A DNA stretch of 64,000 nt from Pseudomonadales bacterium. GTDB lineage: Bacteria > Pseudomonadota > Gammaproteobacteria > Pseudomonadales > UBA7434. The translations under genes were made by a program, and so were the position numbers. The stretch is from positions 2,390 to 66,389 of the forward strand of contig JABDNS010000036.1 of the NCBI GenBank assembly GCA_013043705.1, read 5' to 3'. The notes beneath the pieces are model-generated. The model was not told the DNA's origin and ran no database searches. It saw only the letters and a program-made list of their open reading frames with translations. This document shows, in pieces, positions 57,198 to 64,000 of this stretch (the first letter of the stretch is position 1; every line of letters begins with the position of its first letter).

Positions 57198-57596
57198 CTA
57201 GAAGCCAGCTTTATTAGTTTTTTTTGTTATTAGCAGCGCCGCCAGCGCCAAAGCTGTAACAGTAAGCTCAAAAGCCAGCGCGCCATAGGTATAACTTGTT
57301 ACGGTTTGATTTGAAACAAAGTACGCGATTGCCCTGGTTACACCAAGGCCACCCACCATTAGCACAACTGCCAGTAGCGCTGGACGTTCTATCTCCTGCT
57401 TCACCAAACCCATCAAACAGAACAAGCCCAGGCCAATTTCAAATCCGCCGTACATTGCAACGAGCTCGATACGAGCATCCGGCCCCGACAGGCCATAACC
57501 AATATATTGTGAAATCGTTTCGGGCGAAAACAAAGCCAACACGCCATATCCACAAAATGAAACCGCAATTAAAACGAGTACGGATTTACTTAGCAT
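57198..57596 (-). CDS. hypothetical 4-TM membrane protein
   Basis: 132 aa with four hydrophobic helices and no catalytic motif. Confidence 0.45.
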   Translation of the reverse strand: MLSKSVLVLIAVSFCGYGVLALFSPETISQYIGYGLSGPDARIELVAMYGGFEIGLGLFCLMGLVKQEIERPALLAVVLMVGGLGVTRAIAYFVSNQTVTSYTYGALAFELTVTALALAALLITKKTNKAGF

Positions 57597-57649
57597 CGTA
57601 TGCTTCCTGTATCAAATTATTTTGCTTAGTGTGGATAAAAACCCGAGTT

Positions 57650-57919
57650 CTAGCCCATAATTTTAAGCACTATATAGGGAACCAGGTTGAAAATAAAAAT
57701 AGCTAATTTGTAATTAGCCAAATAACTAAAGTAGAGCGCATCCAAATTTTCTTGTGGTATTTTAAAGAGCTTGCTATGTATGCCCTTCGCCCAATCCCCA
57801 CTTTTGGTGGCAAGCATCAGCGTAGAAAAAATAAGAAGCGCATAGTTCAAAATGGTGCACCAGCCCAAAAACTCTACCAACGACTCAATAGTCATTCTAA
57901 TAATACTCCTTGCTTGCAC
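57650..57919 (-). CDS. hypothetical small membrane protein
   Basis: 89 aa with two or three hydrophobic segments, in an AT-richer region. Confidence 0.4.
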   Translation of the reverse strand: MQARSIIRMTIESLVEFLGWCTILNYALLIFSTLMLATKSGDWAKGIHSKLFKIPQENLDALYFSYLANYKLAIFIFNLVPYIVLKIMG

Positions 57920-57945
57920 ACATACAAAATTGCACTCACTGTAAT

Positions 57946-58653
57946 TTAACTATCTGAAATATACTTATCTAGCAGGAGCGGCTTGAGCACATCAGTCCAG
58001 CGGCGATAGCCCTCTTGATTCAAATGCAAACCATCGAAAACATAAACATCATCAGGACGACCATCCTCAGTTAACAAACTTTGACCCGCATCCACAAAAG
58101 TGATCTTATCGTCACGGAGCGCGACAGCGCTTAGCGCTTTGTCTACCTCCAGCATCTGCGGCCAATGCTCCCAACGCGCTTTGGAGGGCTTCATTGATAA
58201 TATCCATAAGTCTGTATTGGGCAGCTTTTTTTCGAGCATATCAATAAACTTCTGATAATCAGATATTAGACGCTGCGCGCTTTTGCCCGAACCAATATCG
58301 TTGCCACCAACGAACACCACAACCGCTTTCGGCTGGTAAGGCATTATTATACGATCGAAGTTGTAGAGCACGTGGGACATATGCGCACCGCCAAAGCCCC
58401 GACGAATAATAGGCAAAGGCGCCATATCACTTGCAAGCGTTTTCCAGAACCGAATACTCGAACTACCAACAAAAACAATACTGCCAGGCTTCGGTGGTGA
58501 CTGCATATCTGCATGTTCAAACGCCATTATTTCACTTTCAAAAAAGGCATCATTATTTTTGGCTGCTTCCCTGTACTTCGAAAGCCCAAATTTGGCGCTT
58601 AAAACTAACGCAAGAATAATGCTCGCGACAAAGAAAAGCCTTTTCTTGTTCAT
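57946..58653 (-). CDS. SGNH/GDSL-type hydrolase
   Basis: N-terminal anchor, block I IVFVGSSSI, block III VVFVGGNDIG and block V DGLHLN. Confidence 0.75.
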   Translation of the reverse strand: MNKKRLFFVASIILALVLSAKFGLSKYREAAKNNDAFFESEIMAFEHADMQSPPKPGSIVFVGSSSIRFWKTLASDMAPLPIIRRGFGGAHMSHVLYNFDRIIMPYQPKAVVVFVGGNDIGSGKSAQRLISDYQKFIDMLEKKLPNTDLWILSMKPSKARWEHWPQMLEVDKALSAVALRDDKITFVDAGQSLLTEDGRPDDVYVFDGLHLNQEGYRRWTDVLKPLLLDKYISDS

Positions 58654-58762
58654 GCCCTACCTCTGCTAAATAATTGCGCGCACAAGCATCAGCCTATCTT
58701 CCTGAGACACTCAGCAGCTGTTGTTTGGTATATCTATACAAAGTTTGCTTACTTGTTGTGCG

Positions 58763-59515
58763 TCAAATAGTCTTACCGAGGTCAGCCATATAAACTGCTC
58801 CATGAATGGCTTTGGCGTCATCGGAGGCAATAAACGCTATTACAGATGCAATATCCTCTGGCTCCGATACGCCCCGTCTTGCAGCAGTTGTCATAATAAG
58901 ATCAATATCGCCGTTATCAGGCATGCCAACTTTCTCAAACTGCGGAGTATTGGTTCCCCCGGGGCATACGGCATTTATCCGGATACTTTCATTAATAAAT
59001 TCCAGCGCAAGCGACTTGGTTAAACCAATAATGCCATGCTTGGCACTGCAATACGTTGCGGAATAAGGTTGGCCCTCAACACTTGCTAGTGAGCCAATAT
59101 TGACAATATTTCCATTGTTCTTTATGAGCTCTGGAATAGCGGCCTGGCTAAGAAAAAAACAACCCCCGAGATTAGTAGCAATATCACCCAGCCACGTTGC
59201 CTCGGTAATTTCGTGCAATGCACGAAAAATATGACCACCGGCACAATTGATAAGAATATCAATACGGCCGTAATGCGAAATACACTCAGCTACGGCGTCT
59301 CTACAGGCTTCGGGAACAGTTATATCGCACCGAAAGGTTGCAATAGAACCGCCCTTTTCGTTGATCGCAGCCGCAGTAGCGGCCAAGCCTTTCTCATCGC
59401 GACCGAGTCCAAATATCAAGCCTCCCTCTGAGGCTATTCTCACTGCTGTTGCGGAACCGATACCTGACGACGCACCGGTAACGAGTGCGACTTTATTTTC
59501 AAATCTTTTCACCAT
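58763..59515 (-). CDS. SDR family oxidoreductase
   Basis: ALVTGASSGIGS and YCSAKHG. Confidence 0.85.
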   Translation of the reverse strand: MVKRFENKVALVTGASSGIGSATAVRIASEGGLIFGLGRDEKGLAATAAAINEKGGSIATFRCDITVPEACRDAVAECISHYGRIDILINCAGGHIFRALHEITEATWLGDIATNLGGCFFLSQAAIPELIKNNGNIVNIGSLASVEGQPYSATYCSAKHGIIGLTKSLALEFINESIRINAVCPGGTNTPQFEKVGMPDNGDIDLIMTTAARRGVSEPEDIASVIAFIASDDAKAIHGAVYMADLGKTI

Positions 59516-59600
59516 GCTTCCCAGACTCCTTCAAGGTCCTTTAGTTATCGCAACCACCACAAAAGCAATGGCTTGCCTGCTCATTTCCTATGCTTCAATC

Positions 59601-60182
59601 TTAACGGCTCAGTAACCCGGAGACTCGCTGCTTAATCAATGGAAGCAGCTCGACTTCAAACCACGGATTTTTGCTAAGCCAAATATTATTTCTCGGGCTA
59701 GGATGTGGAAGCGGAATAACTTCCGGCCAATATATTCGCCACGATTTCACCAATTCGGTGACTGAAGAACCAGCCTGGCCAAAATGGTATTTCTGGGCGT
59801 AGGCACCCAACACAATGGTGAGCTGCAAATCAGTTAAGTGGCCAAGTAGTTGATCCCGCCAGGCCGGTGCGCATTCTGGCCGCGGTGGGAGGTCGCCCGA
59901 TTTTCCCGAGCCCGGATAGCAAAAACCCATGGGTAATATAGCAACCAGTTCCGGATTATAAAATTCGTCGTGGCTTATGCCTAACCACTCACGTAAATGC
60001 TCGCCGCTGGCATCATCGAAGGGTATGCCCGATTCATGCACCTTTTTGCCGGGCGCCTGGCCCGCGATTAGAATCCTGGCGCTTTGGTGCAGCTGCAAAA
60101 TCGGCCGCGCTCCAAGCGGGAGATTCTTTTCGCACAAAGTACAGTTTCTTACGTCGTTGAGTAGCGACGAAAGCCTGGTCAT
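59601..60182 (-). CDS. uracil-DNA glycosylase superfamily protein
   Basis: C.LC....P.G.RP, IAGQAPG and PLPHPSPRN. Confidence 0.75.
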   Translation of the reverse strand: MTRLSSLLNDVRNCTLCEKNLPLGARPILQLHQSARILIAGQAPGKKVHESGIPFDDASGEHLREWLGISHDEFYNPELVAILPMGFCYPGSGKSGDLPPRPECAPAWRDQLLGHLTDLQLTIVLGAYAQKYHFGQAGSSVTELVKSWRIYWPEVIPLPHPSPRNNIWLSKNPWFEVELLPLIKQRVSGLLSR

Positions 60183-60323
60183 TTGGTAAAAACCGATTCA
60201 GCACCGCTTAACAAACCATCGCTATAAAACAGAATAGTTAAATTTACTACTTGATAAAGTAGCCTACTGTTAGCCATTGATTGCCGCCGCAACTAGCCAA
60301 TGCAGAACATCGCGTAACGCTAG

Positions 60324-60632
60324 CTAAGATTTAATTAAGAAGTTATATCCTAGTGGTACCTGAAATGTTCTATCGACCTCGACCCCAAAATCATAAGAAA
60401 CCCCGTAAAAGGCATAAGCGCTCAGTTTTCCATAATACTGAGGCGATTGGTAGCTTAAAGCTGTGTCCAAACACGCGCGATTATAGAGCTTGATGTACTT
60501 AATAATATACGCCACTGCATGTGTAGCATCACTAAACGTTCGCTGATGCAACAATCCGGCTTTTATTGAATTGAAGAAGGCTTCCCCGGTGGTGTACACG
60601 CGATGCTTGGCAGGGTCACAACGATAGCGTAT
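60324..60632 (-). pseudogene. decayed C-terminal fragment of an IS3-family transposase (integrase core end)
   Basis: ..CDPAKHRVYTTGEAFFNSIKAGLLH...F.D......I..YIKLYNR......ALSYQSP..Y resembles the G..YDNA..ESFF..LK.E......I..YI..YN..R.HSALGY.SP end of IS3 OrfB. About 40% GC, with an in-frame TAA just upstream. Confidence 0.45.
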
Positions 60633-60757
60633 TTACTTGCAGGCAAAAATTGCTGCCCGGGGCATCGGCTGCATTTTGCGCAGCTGCAATGCAAACCACA
60701 ATAAAAATCAAGCGCTTGGCTTTTCGCGATAAAAAAGCTGTACAGCGGCTTTCCAAT

Positions 60758-60777
60758 TACTGTATATTTATACAGTA
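60758..60777. promoter_or_regulatory. LexA (SOS) box upstream of imuA
   Basis: TACTGTATATTTATACAGTA is a perfect CTGT-N8-ACAG palindrome. It ends 20 nt before the imuA ATG. Confidence 0.8.
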
Positions 60778-60796
60778 CTTAACCAAAGCCAGCACC

Positions 60797-61777
60797 ATGC
60801 CTGAAAACCTTTCTAAAAACAGCGTTAGCGGTTCAAAAAGCGCCAGCAGCTCCGGCAGCAGCCCTCAACGCGCCCCCGCGCTTGAGGCCCTGCTACAACA
60901 CCCGGGGCTCTGGCGCGCCTCGAACACGCTACATGCCCGCAATGCGGCAGGCAATGTGCTGGGCACAGGTTTTCGCCAGCTCAACAACTTGTTGCACGCG
61001 GGCGGCTGGCCAATTGGCAACGTAGTGGAATGCCTGTCGCCGCTGGCTAAAATACCTTGCAACTCGCACGGCGCATCACAAGGCATTAGCCAGGGTGCGC
61101 TGCAGTTGTTTTTGCCTGCATTGCAGCAACATGCGCCGTCCGGCAAACCGGTAGTACTAGTGGCACCGCCGCATATCCCCTATCTGCCGGGCTGGCCGAT
61201 CAATGCAACTAACGATACGGGCATGCCTGCCTTGTGGGTGGTGGCGCCGCCGGATGCGGCCAGCTTGTTATGGTCAGCCGAACAAATTTTGCAAAGCAAT
61301 AGCGCAAGCGCGGTGTTTATCTGGCTCGAACAAAGCACTGTACGGCAATCTTTTTTGCAGAACGTGCAAGCAAAGCAAACCCGCCCGCGCCTGAACAGCA
61401 CAGCGCTGCGTAAATTACAGCTGGCCGCGCGGCAAAGCGAATCGCTGGTCGTCGTATTTCGCGAAGCTGGCGCCTTGCAGCAGCCCTCGCCGGCACCGCT
61501 GCGCTTGCTGGTTAAGCCGGTGGCTATTGCGCGCGGGGCGCAAGCTGCGCACGGAGCGCAACAGACAAAAGACACACAACTTGAAGTACACATCGCCAAG
61601 CAGCCCGGTGGCTGGGGCGGGCAGCAAACCCGTGTTAGCTGGCACAGTCGCTTGCAACGCCCGGTTATGCCGGCTGCAAACTGGCCGGTGTACCAACCTG
61701 CCGGATACTCACCGCATGGCGAAAGGCCAGGCGGCGCCCTGCCCCTGTTGGGCACGCGCGCGGCCAAATGGTCTTAG
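60797..61777 (+). CDS. imuA: translesion-synthesis accessory protein ImuA (SulA/RecA-fold-like)
   Basis: LLQHPGLWRA, TGF..LN.LLH.GGWP.G.V.E, W.AEQIL.S......IWL and LRKLQLAA......VVVFR. ATG 60797 preferred over the track start. Confidence 0.75.
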   Translation: MPENLSKNSVSGSKSASSSGSSPQRAPALEALLQHPGLWRASNTLHARNAAGNVLGTGFRQLNNLLHAGGWPIGNVVECLSPLAKIPCNSHGASQGISQGALQLFLPALQQHAPSGKPVVLVAPPHIPYLPGWPINATNDTGMPALWVVAPPDAASLLWSAEQILQSNSASAVFIWLEQSTVRQSFLQNVQAKQTRPRLNSTALRKLQLAARQSESLVVVFREAGALQQPSPAPLRLLVKPVAIARGAQAAHGAQQTKDTQLEVHIAKQPGGWGGQQTRVSWHSRLQRPVMPAANWPVYQPAGYSPHGERPGGALPLLGTRAAKWS

Positions 61778-61788
61778 GGTGAGCTGCC

Positions 61789-63537
61789 GTGTTCTGGTTA
61801 TGCGTTTCCCTACCCAAGTTGCCCCTGGAGGTTTTTCAACCCAGCGATAAACCCGTTGCGGTGGTTGAACAACAGCGCGTGCTGCTGTGCAACCAGGCCG
61901 CCCAAAACCGCGGCATTGAAGCGGGCCTGAACGTTAGCACTGCGCTGGCACTGGCTGGCGAACTGGTGCTGGTTGAGCGCGATATTAGCCGCGAGCAGCA
62001 ACGCCTGGCGCATTTGGCCGAACTGGTTTACCGGTTTAGCTCACAGTCGCTGCCCTATCAAAATAGCCGTGGCGACTATAGCTTGTTACTTGAAATCGGC
62101 GGCAGCCTGCGTTTGTTTAATGGCCTGAACGCATTGCTTACACAACTGGGTGAACAGCTGGCCGGTAACCCGCTTAACCCGCAGGGCTTTAGCCATCATT
62201 TTGGTTTGGCGCACACGTTAAAAGCAGCCGAACTGATGGCACGCTTCAAACCTGTAAGTAAGCATGCAGCGCATACTGAAAACGGCGCCAATACTGCAAA
62301 CCCGGCCAGTAACAAAAGCAGCGCCCAAAAAGACAACCATCAATTCAGCCGCGCCCATAACCAGCTGCAACTGGCAAAAGTGCCGGTTGCCCTGCTCGAC
62401 TGTGAAAAGGTAGCCATTGCCCAGTGCCAAGATATAGGCCTGGTAACACTGGGCGATGTGCTGACGCTACCACAGGCTACTATTGCCAAGCGCTTTAATG
62501 TCGCGTTTACCCGCTATCTTGAGCAGCTGCAGGGAAAATTGCCCGACCCACAAAACTGGTACCAGCCGGCCAGCCACTTTAACCGCGAACTGTTTTATAT
62601 CGACGGACTGCGCAGCCACAGCGACCTGCAATACCCTATGCAGCAACTGCTGCAGGTGTTTTGCCACTACTTGCAGCAACGCCAACTCAGCTGTACCAGT
62701 ATCCGCTGGACCTTCACGCGATTTAGCAAAAAGAAACACAGCCTGCGCGTGCATCTTTCTCGCGCGCAAGCCAACTACCACAACCTGCTCGAGCTGAGCG
62801 CACTGCAGCTCGAGCAACTCCCGCTCGACTCACCCGTAGAATGCATAGTGTTGCACTGCCAGCAGCTTATTCCCATGCAACAGCAACATTTAGACTTATT
62901 TGCCAAACCCGACAACAGCGGCGACTTTTGCCTGCTGGCCGACAAGCTCACCGGCAAACTGGGTAGCGAGGTCTTGTGGCAGCCAGGACGGCACAACCAT
63001 CACCTGCCCGAGCAGGCCAACGCGCCGGTACCGTTCAGGCCGGCGCAGCTGCGCAAGGCAAGCAATACCAGTCATGCGAGCAAAGACAACCGTGCAAATA
63101 AATTAACGCAGGGCGAGAAGAAGAAAAACAGGAAAGCAACAGCGAACAGCAGTAGCCGTGCAGCGAATGGCTATGCGGAAGCTGGCAATTACAATGAAAC
63201 GGCCCTGCAACAACCCAGCTGGTTATTGCAGGAACCGCTGCCACTGCAACAACAAGGCAAACAAATTTTACTGCAGGGCAAGCCGCTATCACTGCTAAAA
63301 GGCCCGCAGCGCTTGCAATGCAACTGGTGGACGAATGCCGCCTCGCGCGATTATTTTATTGCCGGGCTGGCCATCAAAGCGCGCACAAAACACGGCGGCC
63401 ATATTAATGCCCAAGCCCGCCTCGAAACGAGCCACCGGCCAGCTCATAAAATGTCGCCGCCACAATGGCAGGGTTTTTACTGGGTCTACTACGATTTACA
63501 GGCCAAACGCTGGTACCTGCACGGTGAGTTCGCCTAG
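61789..63537 (+). CDS. imuB: Y-family polymerase-like protein ImuB
   Basis: GTG start. MFWLCVSLPKLPLEVF N-terminus typical of ImuB. Follows imuA after 11 nt. 582 aa including two Asn/Lys/Ser-rich insertions. Confidence 0.8.
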   Translation: MFWLCVSLPKLPLEVFQPSDKPVAVVEQQRVLLCNQAAQNRGIEAGLNVSTALALAGELVLVERDISREQQRLAHLAELVYRFSSQSLPYQNSRGDYSLLLEIGGSLRLFNGLNALLTQLGEQLAGNPLNPQGFSHHFGLAHTLKAAELMARFKPVSKHAAHTENGANTANPASNKSSAQKDNHQFSRAHNQLQLAKVPVALLDCEKVAIAQCQDIGLVTLGDVLTLPQATIAKRFNVAFTRYLEQLQGKLPDPQNWYQPASHFNRELFYIDGLRSHSDLQYPMQQLLQVFCHYLQQRQLSCTSIRWTFTRFSKKKHSLRVHLSRAQANYHNLLELSALQLEQLPLDSPVECIVLHCQQLIPMQQQHLDLFAKPDNSGDFCLLADKLTGKLGSEVLWQPGRHNHHLPEQANAPVPFRPAQLRKASNTSHASKDNRANKLTQGEKKKNRKATANSSSRAANGYAEAGNYNETALQQPSWLLQEPLPLQQQGKQILLQGKPLSLLKGPQRLQCNWWTNAASRDYFIAGLAIKARTKHGGHINAQARLETSHRPAHKMSPPQWQGFYWVYYDLQAKRWYLHGEFA

Positions 63538-63595
63538 CAGATACTAAAATTAAAAAGCATTAAAGATTGCAATAAACAGCGCTCACTAAACCGGG

Positions 63596-64000
63596 CTAAA
63601 GGAACAGCTCATTGCGCTCGGCTCTATCCAGCAACAATTGCGGCGGCTCAAAGTCGGCGCCATAGCGCTCGGCCAGCTCGCGGCTGCGTTCGGCAAAAGC
63701 ACGCAAACCGTAGGCATTAATCGCCTGGAACACGCCACCGGTTTGCGCAGGAAAGCCAATACCCATAATCGAACCAATATTGCCATCGCCTACATTATTT
63801 ACCACGCCATCCTGCATCGCCCGCACCGCTTCCAGCGATTGGCTGAACAGCAAGCGATCTTTAATATCCTGGTAGGGAATCTCGCGATAGCCATTCGGCG
63901 CGAACGCATCTTTCAGCCCCGGCCAAATATACTTCTTGCCGCCTTCCGGGTATTCGTAATAGCCACCGCCATATACCTTACCCTTACGATCAAACTCATT
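63596..64000 (-). CDS. C-terminal 134 codons of a 3-hydroxyacyl-CoA dehydrogenase / FadB-FadJ-like protein (gene enters from the right edge)
   Basis: My translation from 64000: NEFDRKGKVYGGGYYEYPEGGKK...DIKDRLLFSQSLEAVRAMQDGVV..GDGNIGSIMGIGFP..TGG, the typical HCDH C-terminal domain. Confidence 0.8.
   Translation of the reverse strand, partial: NEFDRKGKVYGGGYYEYPEGGKKYIWPGLKDAFAPNGYREIPYQDIKDRLLFSQSLEAVRAMQDGVVNNVGDGNIGSIMGIGFPAQTGGVFQAINAYGLRAFAERSRELAERYGADFEPPQLLLDRAERNELFL

Noticed and set aside
60737-60746. Perfect 10-bp palindrome GCTGTACAGC just upstream of the LexA box
   Set aside because: It contains CTGT/ACAG but without the N8 spacer, so it is not a second SOS box. It could be a small hairpin, with no further support.
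1-64000. tRNA, rRNA, tmRNA, integrase, phage, toxin-antitoxin or known defence-system genes
   Set aside because: I saw no T-loop GGTTCGAATCC-type signatures, no integrase or recombinase ORF, and no paired small ORFs with toxin-antitoxin features. No nuclease or ATPase architecture typical of restriction, Abi, CBASS or retron systems was visible. The absence rests on visual inspection only.

Overview
The window reads as a chromosomal segment of a Gram-negative gammaproteobacterium, about 55% GC by eye. The gene content (guaB/xseA, lptFG, fabV, a CBM32-GH16 glucanase, a CTERM-type sorting tag) suggests a marine or soil polysaccharide degrader, but that is inference. I support about 65 protein genes and found no rRNA, tRNA or CRISPR. 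The only mobile-element trace is a decayed IS3-type transposase fragment.

Housekeeping genes:
- guaB (partial), xseA, fabV, miaE, kbp-like, bolA-trhO, lptF-lptG, cinA, mltD, sbcB, an ABC exporter and yaiI.

Accessory blocks worth a second look:
- **Cyclic-nucleotide signalling island (2.6-7.9 kb).** A Crp-like regulator sits divergent from a tightly overlapping operon: a [DHp-like H-box + receiver + class III cyclase] protein, a CheY-like receiver, and a histidine kinase with a degenerate receiver-like tail. The cyclase carries Glu/Gly at the base-specifying positions instead of Lys/Asp(Thr), so it may make cGMP. This is my best candidate for something new.
- **Catabolic region of unknown substrate (37-46 kb).** A TetR-flanked Rieske oxygenase / amidohydrolase / SDR / ADC-like unit is followed, after a clear intrinsic terminator, by an operon with a lone carboxyltransferase, an NTF2-like protein, an exported cupin and an ABC1 kinase.
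- **Surface lipoprotein and its leader (21.0-24.2 kb).** A 573-bp structured intergenic region (orphan terminator, 12-bp tandem repeat, leader terminator hairpin) precedes an 870-aa lipoprotein with four Cys-pair Ig-like repeats.
- **CTERM-tagged protein coupled to a glucanase (53.7-55.9 kb).** A protein with calcium-binding-type repeats and a PEP-CTERM/IPTL-CTERM-class tag overlaps the start of a CBM32-GH16 gene by 1 nt.
- **SOS mutagenesis pair (60.8-63.5 kb).** A perfect LexA box precedes imuA-imuB, with no dnaE2 downstream, next to a lower-GC patch and the IS3 remnant.

I found no recognisable phage-defence system, toxin-antitoxin pair or secretion machine. All functional calls come from motif recognition by eye, not database searches.
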